IMG/VR virus record: IMGVR_UViG_3300013121_000030
Location: 1 to 64,000 of that record
Length of the DNA: 64,000 bases
Source: an uncultured virus (IMG/VR IMGVR_UViG_3300013121_000030)
Taxonomy: Duplodnaviria > Heunggongvirae > Uroviricota > Caudoviricetes
Direction: 5' to 3' (one strand)
The notes below the pieces were generated by a model. That model had not been told where the DNA came from and did no database searches. It saw only the letters and a program-made list of their open reading frames with translations. This document shows, piece after piece, positions 44,897 through 54,913 of this stretch; the first letter of the stretch is position 1, and every line of letters starts with the position of its first letter. A program made the position numbers and the translations under genes.

Positions 44897-47800
44897 ATGC
44901 CTTTTTTCGGGACTGCCTACCAACCAGCAGGCGTATATGTTCGGACTCTTTACGACAATCCGACTCCATCTGTTTTGTCGAACGTCCGAATCCCCGTCTT
45001 TGTTGGTACGGGCAATGAGATTCTTACGCGGTTCGACCTTGAGCTGATCCGCGGATCTAGCTCCTTTAGCTCCCAGTTTGTCCCTGATGAGGACATGACG
45101 GGACGGTCGGTGGTCACGATTACCACAGCTGGCCAAGTCATCTTGGGGGACTTCAACGGGGAGCGCAGGCGGGTTCAGGTCCGGAATTACCCGATTGTTG
45201 ACCCGACGACCAATGAGCTGGTCGTCGACCCCAGCTCGATTTCCGTCCTCATCAATGGTCGACCCGATGTGGTTTTGGGTGTCGCAGATGCCAACCTTGG
45301 TGTCATTGAGATCAGCACAGCACCTGAACTGAATGACGAGGTGTTGGTCAGCTACAACTTCAAGCGTACCGACACCCAAATCACAGACGATGTGTCGGAG
45401 CAGGTATCCCCACTTCCTGCTTCTCTGGCGGGGGCTCAGGGGGATTCTTTTGTCTTCACAACAACTACAAATATCTTCCGGTTTCGGGTGGACGACGACC
45501 AGAATCAGGAGATCACGGTCAATCTGGGGACGGGCACAAAAAACCCTGCCACTGTGGTGAGCTTGATCAATGGTGCGGCAGCCTCCACATCCTTGGTGGC
45601 TTCGACCTTCACCAACAACTACGGGAAAGTAGCCATCCTCCTCTCGGCTGAGAGGGACATTGAAATCCTGGAGGGTTCTGCCAACCCCATTTTGGGATTC
45701 ACGACAGGCCAGCGCACCAACCGCAAGAAGACATTCTATGTCTTCAACGGGCCTATTGTCGACGGCTCTAATGGTGGGGTGACGACAACGGACGTCACCA
45801 AGGTTGAGGTTCGCGTCGATGGGATTTTGACAACGGCATCTGCGGTCGATGGGCAAAATAGGGCTGTAACCTTGTCCTTCGCTCCTGAGGTAGGGAGCGA
45901 GGTCAAGATCACCTACTACTTCAATGCCTGGCAGGATACCTTTGACTTCTTGCCGAACACCAACGTCACGGCGATCCTTCGGTGTGGCATTATCCCTGGC
46001 AACTCAGATTTTGTTCAAGGAGTAGACTACGTCCTTCAAGACAACCACGTTGTTTGGGGGACTGCTGCACTTATCTCAGCGGGCGTGGTGGCACCTTCTT
46101 CGGCTGCCTTGGGTCCAACCACACTGGGGGCATCCAGCCAGATCACAGCCACTCTTGTGGATAATCGGTGGTATTTGGCGGAAGCTCCTCCAGTCGTAAA
46201 CTCGACTGTTTCCCCCCCTGTGGAGTCCAGGACTCAGTTCACACTTCCTGTCCAGCCGACGACTGGGAACGGGCGAGACTTCCCGTTGGGGGCTGAGGTC
46301 TTTGAGAGCATCTCCAACAACCGTATTGACCTCCCCACCAACAACCCCAACCTGGTCCAGGCGTACTGGGGATTTGACCTCCAAGATGCCTTTAATCGGG
46401 GAGCAGTCGAGGTTTTGGAGGTTGATGGGACCACGATCACCCTGAAGAATGCAGTCCCAGTTGGGGCCCAAGTTTGGGCGACGTTCTACTACAACATTCT
46501 TGTTGATAACGAGTACACCCTCAAGGTTCAGACCCCAGGTCCCAGCGGGATTGGCACCTACTTCATCTTCGACAAGAACGAAAACCCCATCTACAACCCA
46601 CTTTTGGGCACCAAGGGACCAGCCCTCACGGGAATCACACTGGTGTTTCCGTCAGGTTCTGAGTTGCTCCCAGACGCGCATTTCGAGGGAGGAACAGGGG
46701 GACCCGTTGAAGAGACAGTGACGGTCTCCTTGGCAGAGAAGGATGCCACACTTGCCAAGTTCTCCTTTGATGGATCTGGGCCATACTCCTTTATCTCTGG
46801 AGCCTCTGATCGTGCCTATCTTCAAATCGATAGCGCACTCCTGGCAGGTGGAGCCGCTGGAATTTCTCTTTCGGCCCCCATGGGAATTTCAGGGCTTGGG
46901 TTCTCAGCATCCCTCTTGGGAGAGGAGATTGAGTACAGCATTGACTCAGGTCTGACCACCTACGACATCCTCCAAGGCATCAACGACAACGTGTCGATGA
47001 CACTGGATGGGATTACGATCACAACGGTCGTCCCCGAACAGTTGGGGGTGGATGCTTCTGCCTATGTTGAGGCTTTGAATGCTGTAGCCAAGACCTCCAG
47101 CTTTGCGCCTTCCTATGTCGCGCAGACACGGTTTGTGGGGACCACAACGATCACTGCGGGTGTTTATGACACCTTTACGATGTACTACACGGGTGTGACC
47201 AACGGGGCTTCGGGTCCCCTCCAGATCACAATCCCCCCAGGAAACTATGTCGCTCCGTCGTTCTTGGCCACGGCGGTTCAGAACGCGGTCAACACTGCTG
47301 TGGCGGCCTTGCCAGTCCAATTCGAGGGGTTGGCCATTGGGGTGGAGGCCAACTACAACGGCCAGTTGGCATTCTCTCTGGTCGCTGCGGACAGCGACAC
47401 AGGAACCTTCGCTTCCGGAACGATAACTTCCAGTGGGGCCCTCCTCGGAGACACCATCTCAATTGGTGGAATTACTCTGACTGGTGCGCTGGACTACACA
47501 GCTGGAGGCCTAAACTTCGACACTGGGCAGGCCTCCGCCACCATTCTGGCCAATGGTGTCCGGCCAGGGGATACTTTCACCATCGATGTTGGGGGCGGAC
47601 CAATCACCATCACCGCTTCTGGCTCCCAGACCCCGGGGGGTTTGGACTTCAACGAGGGTGTTCAGGCCACAGGGACCATCACAGTTGCAGGCCCCATTCC
47701 TGGGGATACCGTAACGGTGGCGGGAATCACGCTGACAGCTTCGGGTTCTCAGACTCCGGCAGGATTGGACTTTGACGAAGGAACTCGCGCTTCAGGAACT

Positions 47801-50800
47801 GCGACGCTTTCGGGGGTCCTTTATGGGGACACGATCACGATTGCGGGAGTGACGCTCACAGCGAGCAACACTTTGACTCCTGGAGGGCTCGACTTCAACG
47901 TCGGCCAAGCTGCCTCAGGAAGCATCAAGTGCGTCGGGATTCAGCCTGGCGACACCGTGACGCTCAATGGAACTGCGTTGACGGCTGCTGGGGCTCAAAT
48001 TCCAGGTGCTTACAACTTCAACGAAGGAGTTCAGGCCACTGGAACGATCACAACCTCCGCCGTTCTGACAGGTGACCAAGTGGCCATTGGTGGGATCACC
48101 CTCACCGCGGCTGGCGCTCAGACTCCGGGTGGCCTCAACTTCAACGAGGGCACCAAGGCGACGGGATCCTTCACGGTCACCACCTTCCCGACAACTGCTT
48201 CTCTCACCATTGGTGTCAACGTGTTGGCGCCCGCGGGTGGGCCGAGGACTCCAGGTGGGGATGATTACGACAACACCTTGGGTTCGGCCGCTGCAATTGC
48301 GGCCGACATCAATGCCGCTCTCAACGATCCCCTGAATAGCTTTGCGGGAACCACAACTTCTTCCGTTGTGGGCACCACAGTCAACCTGACTGCGGTTGTC
48401 CCCGGAGCTGTGGGTAACGCCATCGTTACCTCGTCCACAGACGGCACCATTACCGCAGCAGCAGCGACGTTGTTGGGTGGTGTGGGTGACGATAACACCG
48501 TTGCCGCATCGATTGCGGCCGCCATCAACGACGCTCTGAACGGCTTGAATGGGACAGCCTCTGCCACGGCGCTTCTCAATGTCGTCACGGTGACTGCGGT
48601 AACTCCGGGGTCGGCTGGGAACTCTATCCCCCTCACCACAACAACCCCGATTCGGTTGGCAATTTCAGCTGCCACTCTTTTGGGTGGCGTTGGAACCAAC
48701 AACACCGTTGCAGCCAGCTTGGCTGCTGCAATCAACGATGCTCTAAATATCCCATTGCCGACAACCTTCTCGGCAACGGCTATTGGAGATACTGTTTTCC
48801 TCACGGCGGTGGTTCCGGGGGCTGCTGGAAACCTCCTTACGCTCGCAACCACTGCTCCAGGAAGGGCCCAACTCTCTGGGCCTCTCATGACGGGAGGTTC
48901 AGGGACCAACATTACAGCAGCTTCGAGCCTTGTGTCGGCGATTTTGGATCCTGCCAACGGTTTGGTGGGGACTGTCATCGCAGACAATGGCGCTGGCACC
49001 CTGAACATTGTGACGATTGAGGCTTATACGCCAGGGTCAGGAGGCAACGCCATTATTCTGGCGTCCTCAACCCTGGTTCGGATCCTCCTGTCTGGAGGCA
49101 CACTGGCAGGAGGCGTTGGGGACAACACAACGGTCGCAGCATCAATCGCGGCGGCCATCAATGATGCTGGAAACGGCATCGTTGTCACAGCCACGGCCGT
49201 CGCCGCACTCAATGTGGTGACGGTTACGGCGGTCACTCCAGGAAATATTGGAAACCTGATCACGCTGGCTACCAGCAACAGCACCAGGCTTCTGGCAAAC
49301 GGGGCGACACTGTCGGGGGGGATCGGGACGAACTTCACCGTTGCATCCTCGATCGCGGCGGCCATCAATGACGCTGGAAACGGATTGGCTGTGGCAATCG
49401 CCGCCAACAATGATGGGGGGTTGTCCGCCACAGTCACCGTCTGGGCACTCACACCAGGGCTCGTTGGCAACACCTACACCCTCGCGTCCTCGAATCCTGT
49501 CCGGCTGGCCATCTCTGGGGGATTCTTTGTGGGTGGTGCAACAACCACCCAGGTCGCCAGCAGCATCGTCCAGGCAATCAATGATGTTCTGAACGGGCTG
49601 ACAACGTTGGTGGAGGCTGACAATAGCGCGGGCACCTCCAACATCATTACGGTAACGGCAGCCGATCCTGGGTCTCAAGGGAACTACATCAGTCTCGCCA
49701 GCTCGACTGGGGTACGTCTCCCAGTCTCCGGAGCATTCCTGACGGGAGGCTCCAATCTGGGCGGCGGATATTTGGAGTTCTTGGATGCCCCCACCATTAC
49801 TTCGGACTTCTCCATTCTTGCGGGAATTTCGACGGACTCGTTGCCGGGCCTGTCTCAAACCAAGCTGCTGAACTGCGATATTGCACGTCGCTTCACGGTT
49901 GCGGGAACTTCAGGACGGTTGATCTACGACCGGATCATCTTGAGGAACCGCATCGTCCCAGGATCGGGCTCGATCACCTACCATTCTCAGCTTTCGCAAA
50001 CTGAACTTGTCATCCAGGGCACTAACGCCCAGTCCTTCACAGGACTGGTTCCCAAAGCAGCTGGGTTGGCAGGCTTTGCTGCGACAGTTCAACCTGCCTC
50101 GATGTTCGGCGAGGTTGGTTTCAAGGACGGGCAAATCGCGGTTGGGACCTATGGTGATGCTCGGGATGGGATGCCAGCGGTTCGGTTCTATGCGCAGGGA
50201 GGCGTCAATCCCCAGAACAACGTTGTGAAGATCAACATTGACGGAAAGCCGTTCACGGTGGTCTTCACGAATGCCTCCGGAGCTGCAATTCCTTCGGGAA
50301 GCTCTGCACTGGTTCCACTTGGTCCTGTATCCATTGCGAACACTGTCCTACACCAAATCCAAACTGCAGCTTCTGCGGCAGGACTTGGGACGGTGATCTT
50401 CCAAGAGGGGGCAGGGATCCGTTACGTTTCGCTGTTGGACACAGCAGACTCCCAGATCACGATTGGGACGGGAAATGGGAACTCGACTCTGGGGCTCGTT
50501 GCTGGGGCAACATCCACTCGGACCCTTGTGGAGCCAGAAGTTGTGGCCTCGGCACTCATGGCTCACCATGCGGGTTCGGTGGCGTCGGTCCTTTTGGACT
50601 ACCAGTCGCCCACGAACACTTACTTTGCAGCCCAAGCACTTGCAGGGGTGGTGAGGGATTCAACCAATGCGGAGTTCCTCTTCATCGAGTCTCAAGCCAA
50701 CAACGTCATTGGGTTGGGGCCATCCAGCAACATTTTGGTGCTGGATGCACTGACGTCCTCGTGGCTGCGTGTGGGCACGGGTTTGGATACTTCCTCTGGG

Positions 50801-52237
50801 GAGGGATCCGCAGGAGAGTCAGGGTACCAGGGATTCTACGTCACCTCTTCGGATTCTGTAGATGGATCCGGAACTGCGAACACTTCCGAATTCAACTTCG
50901 GGGTGGGCCAGGATGGTGTGGTTGGCCAGACTTACCGTGACGAAGTGACTGGGCTGGTCTTCACACTTCTTCCTCGTGAAGGGAACGCCTCGTACCCGAC
51001 TGGGGTTGGAGCCACCTTTACCTTTGAGGTTCGCAAGTTGGTGGCAACAGATGCGAACATCCCCATCAATGCCATCCCTGGGATCCAATTGTTGGTCACC
51101 AACACCACGGGAACAGCGACGGGGAATACTGCGGTTGTAGAGACGATCGAGAGGGGTGGAGCGGAGCCTGCGGTGGGGGATAGCTACTTTGTGAGCTACA
51201 ACTACCAGAAGGATCTGGATCGTGAGCCCTGGAGCATTGTGCAGTTGTACACATCTCTCCAGGCGGTCATCTCCAACTACGGATCAATCGACCCAGATCA
51301 TCCCCTGACGTTGGCATCCTATCTGTCCAATCTCAATGGGTCGCTGTTGTGGGGTGTGCGTCAAGTCCCCAAAGAACCCGGCTCCAACCAAGCGTCTGTT
51401 GAAGATTATTTGGCGGCGTTTGACTCGTTGTCCGGAATCTTGCCCAGCGGGTTGACTCTGGACACGATCACTCCTCTTCGGGGAGATAGTTTGGTCCTCT
51501 TCCAGGCCCTTCGGAAGCACTGTGATGTGCAGTCCAGCTTCAAGTTCAGGGCCGAACGGACAGGGATCATTGGGGTGTCCTCCGGAACCCAACCCACTCA
51601 GGTAGGGAATATCGCCAAGGCGATCGGGTCTGAGCGGATGCGCCTGGTCTACCCAGACATTGTGACCCTGATTTTGGAGGATGCGGTTGGGAACCAGAAG
51701 ACCTTCTTGGTGGATGGGACCTACATCGCTGCGGCGTGGGCAGGCAATCGTGCCTCCCCAAATATTGACGTTGCGACTCCATGGATTGGGCGCACGAGCC
51801 TGATGTTCGGGTTTGATCGTCTGGCGCGTTCTCTGAATGACATCCAGAAGAATACGGTTGCCACCCAGGGTGTGGTGGTCTTCGAGCAAAAGGGATCCGC
51901 GATTCAGGTCCGGGACGCCTTTACGACCGACATGTCAACAATCTTGACACGTCTCCCAACGATTCGGACTATTGGGGATGAGGTTCAGAGAACGACACGA
52001 CGGGATCTGGAAAGGTTCATCGGAATCAAGTTCTTGTCTGGGATCCTCTCCGAGATCACAGGCCAGATAACGACGACCCTGAAGACCCTGAAGCGAGAAG
52101 AGATCATCTCGAACTTTACAGGTGTGGCAGCCAATGTTTCGAGTGAGGCAACAACGGTGGAGGCTCAAGCAGCCTACCAGCCGGTGTTCCCACTGAAGTA
52201 CATTCTGGTCACCTACAACCTTCGGAGCCGTCTCTAG
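44897..52237 (+). CDS. tail sheath protein (2446 aa) with large inserted repeat domains
   Basis: N-terminal YQPAGVYV..PVFVG; C-terminal sheath core (HC..QS...ER, SER..LVYP, GVVV.E, YQPVFPLKYI). Confidence 0.9.
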   Translation: MPFFGTAYQPAGVYVRTLYDNPTPSVLSNVRIPVFVGTGNEILTRFDLELIRGSSSFSSQFVPDEDMTGRSVVTITTAGQVILGDFNGERRRVQVRNYPIVDPTTNELVVDPSSISVLINGRPDVVLGVADANLGVIEISTAPELNDEVLVSYNFKRTDTQITDDVSEQVSPLPASLAGAQGDSFVFTTTTNIFRFRVDDDQNQEITVNLGTGTKNPATVVSLINGAAASTSLVASTFTNNYGKVAILLSAERDIEILEGSANPILGFTTGQRTNRKKTFYVFNGPIVDGSNGGVTTTDVTKVEVRVDGILTTASAVDGQNRAVTLSFAPEVGSEVKITYYFNAWQDTFDFLPNTNVTAILRCGIIPGNSDFVQGVDYVLQDNHVVWGTAALISAGVVAPSSAALGPTTLGASSQITATLVDNRWYLAEAPPVVNSTVSPPVESRTQFTLPVQPTTGNGRDFPLGAEVFESISNNRIDLPTNNPNLVQAYWGFDLQDAFNRGAVEVLEVDGTTITLKNAVPVGAQVWATFYYNILVDNEYTLKVQTPGPSGIGTYFIFDKNENPIYNPLLGTKGPALTGITLVFPSGSELLPDAHFEGGTGGPVEETVTVSLAEKDATLAKFSFDGSGPYSFISGASDRAYLQIDSALLAGGAAGISLSAPMGISGLGFSASLLGEEIEYSIDSGLTTYDILQGINDNVSMTLDGITITTVVPEQLGVDASAYVEALNAVAKTSSFAPSYVAQTRFVGTTTITAGVYDTFTMYYTGVTNGASGPLQITIPPGNYVAPSFLATAVQNAVNTAVAALPVQFEGLAIGVEANYNGQLAFSLVAADSDTGTFASGTITSSGALLGDTISIGGITLTGALDYTAGGLNFDTGQASATILANGVRPGDTFTIDVGGGPITITASGSQTPGGLDFNEGVQATGTITVAGPIPGDTVTVAGITLTASGSQTPAGLDFDEGTRASGTATLSGVLYGDTITIAGVTLTASNTLTPGGLDFNVGQAASGSIKCVGIQPGDTVTLNGTALTAAGAQIPGAYNFNEGVQATGTITTSAVLTGDQVAIGGITLTAAGAQTPGGLNFNEGTKATGSFTVTTFPTTASLTIGVNVLAPAGGPRTPGGDDYDNTLGSAAAIAADINAALNDPLNSFAGTTTSSVVGTTVNLTAVVPGAVGNAIVTSSTDGTITAAAATLLGGVGDDNTVAASIAAAINDALNGLNGTASATALLNVVTVTAVTPGSAGNSIPLTTTTPIRLAISAATLLGGVGTNNTVAASLAAAINDALNIPLPTTFSATAIGDTVFLTAVVPGAAGNLLTLATTAPGRAQLSGPLMTGGSGTNITAASSLVSAILDPANGLVGTVIADNGAGTLNIVTIEAYTPGSGGNAIILASSTLVRILLSGGTLAGGVGDNTTVAASIAAAINDAGNGIVVTATAVAALNVVTVTAVTPGNIGNLITLATSNSTRLLANGATLSGGIGTNFTVASSIAAAINDAGNGLAVAIAANNDGGLSATVTVWALTPGLVGNTYTLASSNPVRLAISGGFFVGGATTTQVASSIVQAINDVLNGLTTLVEADNSAGTSNIITVTAADPGSQGNYISLASSTGVRLPVSGAFLTGGSNLGGGYLEFLDAPTITSDFSILAGISTDSLPGLSQTKLLNCDIARRFTVAGTSGRLIYDRIILRNRIVPGSGSITYHSQLSQTELVIQGTNAQSFTGLVPKAAGLAGFAATVQPASMFGEVGFKDGQIAVGTYGDARDGMPAVRFYAQGGVNPQNNVVKINIDGKPFTVVFTNASGAAIPSGSSALVPLGPVSIANTVLHQIQTAASAAGLGTVIFQEGAGIRYVSLLDTADSQITIGTGNGNSTLGLVAGATSTRTLVEPEVVASALMAHHAGSVASVLLDYQSPTNTYFAAQALAGVVRDSTNAEFLFIESQANNVIGLGPSSNILVLDALTSSWLRVGTGLDTSSGEGSAGESGYQGFYVTSSDSVDGSGTANTSEFNFGVGQDGVVGQTYRDEVTGLVFTLLPREGNASYPTGVGATFTFEVRKLVATDANIPINAIPGIQLLVTNTTGTATGNTAVVETIERGGAEPAVGDSYFVSYNYQKDLDREPWSIVQLYTSLQAVISNYGSIDPDHPLTLASYLSNLNGSLLWGVRQVPKEPGSNQASVEDYLAAFDSLSGILPSGLTLDTITPLRGDSLVLFQALRKHCDVQSSFKFRAERTGIIGVSSGTQPTQVGNIAKAIGSERMRLVYPDIVTLILEDAVGNQKTFLVDGTYIAAAWAGNRASPNIDVATPWIGRTSLMFGFDRLARSLNDIQKNTVATQGVVVFEQKGSAIQVRDAFTTDMSTILTRLPTIRTIGDEVQRTTRRDLERFIGIKFLSGILSEITGQITTTLKTLKREEIISNFTGVAANVSSEATTVEAQAAYQPVFPLKYILVTYNLRSRL

Positions 52238-52247
52238 GAGAGAAGTC

Positions 52248-53039
52248 ATGGCGAACCAAGACAGAAATGCGCAAAATGGAATCCAAGGTTCCAGCTACCT
52301 CTACGACTATGGGACGACCGCCAACACTCGCACCGCAGTCTCCCAGAAGGTACGGATCCTCACTCCCATGTATGGATCGAATGCCAACATCCTCCTTCAG
52401 ATCGGGGTTCTGAGTTCTTTCAGTCCATCTGAGTCCAAGAATGTTGAGCCTGTTCGGGGGATTGGCTTCGGAGACCAAATCGCCGAGTTGGTCCCAAGCG
52501 TCACAGAGCCCATGGCAGCAGATATGGAACGGGCCTTCCTGTACCTCTCAAACTTGTGGCAAGCCACAGGTTACGCTGGAGGCATTGATGGGCCTGTGCG
52601 GTCTCTGCGCCACCATCGGTGGCCCTTCGACATTGAAATGCAACTTGTGTTTTCAACCCTGTCTGATGCAGACCTTACAGGCCAGGGTGGGGTGGGGTAC
52701 ACAGGTCCCTCGGGTACCTTCACAGGAGGGACCAAAGAGATCGTCTACCCAGAGGTGACCAACGATCTTAGCGGTCGACCAGGAGCCCTTCGTGGACACT
52801 CGGCTATCATCACGCTCTATGAGGCGTGCTGGTTTACGAGCTACTCCATCTCGAACATCAACAAGGACTCAGGAATGCTCATGGAGACCGGAAACGTTAT
52901 GATTTCGGATGTCCACGACTTCAACTCAGAGTACGGGGAGTTCTTGGCAACCGGGAACGACCCTCTGGCAGGACAGCTTGGATCTGTTAGGTTCAACTTC
53001 GGCAGCCAGAAGGGCGGGACGCCCTTCATCAACGTCTAA
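52248..53039 (+). CDS. tail tube protein
   Basis: Follows the sheath; IG.L.S.....VRGIG.G....E.VP, PFDIE, YEACWFTSYS. Confidence 0.8.
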   Translation: MANQDRNAQNGIQGSSYLYDYGTTANTRTAVSQKVRILTPMYGSNANILLQIGVLSSFSPSESKNVEPVRGIGFGDQIAELVPSVTEPMAADMERAFLYLSNLWQATGYAGGIDGPVRSLRHHRWPFDIEMQLVFSTLSDADLTGQGGVGYTGPSGTFTGGTKEIVYPEVTNDLSGRPGALRGHSAIITLYEACWFTSYSISNINKDSGMLMETGNVMISDVHDFNSEYGEFLATGNDPLAGQLGSVRFNFGSQKGGTPFINV

Positions 53040-53054
53040 TCCTTGAGAAGGATG

Positions 53055-53090
53055 GAGGAGGATGCTTGGGAATTCCCAAGCATCCTCCTC
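53055..53090. terminator. 36-bp perfect palindrome between convergent genes (probable bidirectional terminator)
   Basis: GAGGAGGATGCTTGGGAATTCCCAAGCATCCTCCTC. Confidence 0.7.
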
Positions 53091-53091
53091 T

Positions 53092-53424
53092 TCAATTGGG
53101 GAGGACCACAAGATTTGGCTTGCGAGTCTTCTCCTCCTCATGGAGGTCCTCATCCAGCTGGAGACTACGTTCGATGAACTCTGCGAAGACCCGTAGGAAA
53201 TCGAAGGTCGTAGCATCCATAGTATCCTCGCGGACAGAAGATAGAGAACGGGTGGGATAGTAACGTACATAGGAAGTTACCGTGGAGGGAATTCCCTTGT
53301 ACGTCACGGTGGTGGGAGAGAGGGCATAGAAGACCCCATCTACTTCATAGATGAACCCTCGGTTTTCGTCCCAAAACCACCCAGCAAGCTCTTCTGCGAT
53401 TTCGTCGTGCTCGATTCTGCGCAT
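53092..53424 (-). CDS. hypothetical protein
   Basis: 110-aa ORF. Confidence 0.5.
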   Translation of the reverse strand: MRRIEHDEIAEELAGWFWDENRGFIYEVDGVFYALSPTTVTYKGIPSTVTSYVRYYPTRSLSSVREDTMDATTFDFLRVFAEFIERSLQLDEDLHEEEKTRKPNLVVLPN

Positions 53425-53471
53425 TCAGGTATCACCTCGCGTCCCTGATACCCTCCCGAGTATCAGGTAGC

Positions 53472-54083
53472 ATGAGCCGCGAGAATCCCCCATGCTTTGG
53501 GAACTTTGATGTTGTAGAACCCTGCAAAGAGTGCCTTCTGTGGTCTTCTTGCTTGACAGACACACTCCCACGGAGGGAGCATCTTGTTCGCGCGGAGCTA
53601 TTCCGCACACTTCCAGAAGTGGTGACAGGAGTTGCAACGATCCGTGTTGGGAAGCAAGATAGGGAAACGCTTCCGATTATGTTTCACCGGGTTTCGGTGG
53701 AGATGGACCCCAAGAGAAAGAAGCATCAAGCTGCTTATCTTTCGGAGGCGTTGTCACCCTCCTCTTTGACCCTTGATGTAGGTTCTGTCTCAAAGGCTGT
53801 TTGGAAAACAAATTTCCAGAGTCGACGGATCAATTACTTTGTGAACGTCGCGCCACGTTCGGTCGTAGAGTTTGCATGGAGCATCCGAGAGAAGCTCTTC
53901 CCAAACCTCTTCTCAGCCCAATCTCGCTATGAGATCAACATTTTCAAGGACCCCAAGACAGGTTCAGGGTGCCTCGTGAAGTATATGCCTCACGAGGCAC
54001 AGATTCAGGACATCCCTGAAGACCCCACGAGTGATTGGGATGAGGTCCCCATAAGGCTTCTCTTGGCCCTCAAGGAAGTTTGA
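53472..54083 (+). CDS. hypothetical protein with N-terminal Cys cluster
   Basis: PCFG....CKEC...C. Confidence 0.55.
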   Translation: MSRENPPCFGNFDVVEPCKECLLWSSCLTDTLPRREHLVRAELFRTLPEVVTGVATIRVGKQDRETLPIMFHRVSVEMDPKRKKHQAAYLSEALSPSSLTLDVGSVSKAVWKTNFQSRRINYFVNVAPRSVVEFAWSIREKLFPNLFSAQSRYEINIFKDPKTGSGCLVKYMPHEAQIQDIPEDPTSDWDEVPIRLLLALKEV

Positions 54084-54086
54084 TCT

Positions 54087-54842
54087 TCAGGATTTCCCCT
54101 TCATGGCATCCTTGGCTCCACCGATCCATTCCTCTTCCTCGACTCTCTTCGAGAAGTCATTGATGATGACTTCCGCCTGATCTTCTGGCACATCTGAGGC
54201 GATCATAGCTTCTTGGAAGGTGCGGACGATAAACTCGAACAACCGCAGGAAGGGAACCCCTTGGAGATCAATCGCCTTATTGGCGTTGATCTCATTGCGT
54301 TTGATCCATGTCTGGGCTAGTGCCTGAAGAGCTTTCAGGCGCCTCAACGAAAACTGGCTAGCATCCTTTGATCGGCCTTCTGACTCAGCTCGCATTCTCT
54401 CATAGGAGAGAGAAGACGACTCCAAGGCAAATTCCTTGATTGTGATCGCCAGGATGGATTCCGAATCCGGGTTGGTGAGTGCCGCCTGGAGAAGTCGATC
54501 CTGGGCGTAGAATTTCTTGCGCCGAGAGGATGCTTTGTTTCCAGACACAGCTTGGACGATTGTGTCCTTGGACCCTCCTGGATTCTCAACACTTCCCAAG
54601 TGGTGTTTGTACCCCAAGGGTTTTCCGGGGTGGTTGGCCATCGTAACCGCAGCTCCCTTCCGGAACACCACCATGTCCTTGGGCTCTACAGAATCCACCC
54701 TCTTCCATCGATTTTTGCCCGTCTCTCCATCTACAACAGCAATTCGGGCGATACCCTCGGGGATGGTGTCCAAGACCTCACGAGTCGCAGGCCTCAACTC
54801 AATGTCGTCAGCGGGGTCTGGTTTTTGGGGGATATTGACCAT
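54087..54842 (-). CDS. hypothetical helical protein divergent from TerL (small-terminase candidate)
   Basis: 251-aa ORF; the function guess rests on position only. Confidence 0.45.
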   Translation of the reverse strand: MVNIPQKPDPADDIELRPATREVLDTIPEGIARIAVVDGETGKNRWKRVDSVEPKDMVVFRKGAAVTMANHPGKPLGYKHHLGSVENPGGSKDTIVQAVSGNKASSRRKKFYAQDRLLQAALTNPDSESILAITIKEFALESSSLSYERMRAESEGRSKDASQFSLRRLKALQALAQTWIKRNEINANKAIDLQGVPFLRLFEFIVRTFQEAMIASDVPEDQAEVIINDFSKRVEEEEWIGGAKDAMKGKS

Positions 54843-54913
54843 ATCGATACTCTACACATGGATTTTGTGCGTGTTGCGCGCTGGCTTGCCCTGGGTTTGG
54901 TATTTATGGGGAG

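Noticed and set aside
47411-49753. CRISPR array or DNA-level tandem repeat
   Set aside because: The repeats are degenerate at DNA level and conserved only as protein; no identical repeat-spacer structure was seen anywhere in the window
44897-53039. Sheath, tube and Rhs toxin read as an eCIS, tailocin or T6SS locus
   Set aside because: Terminase, portal and prohead protease follow directly, so this is a DNA-packaging phage; the toxin genes have their own export signals and lie 30 kb away
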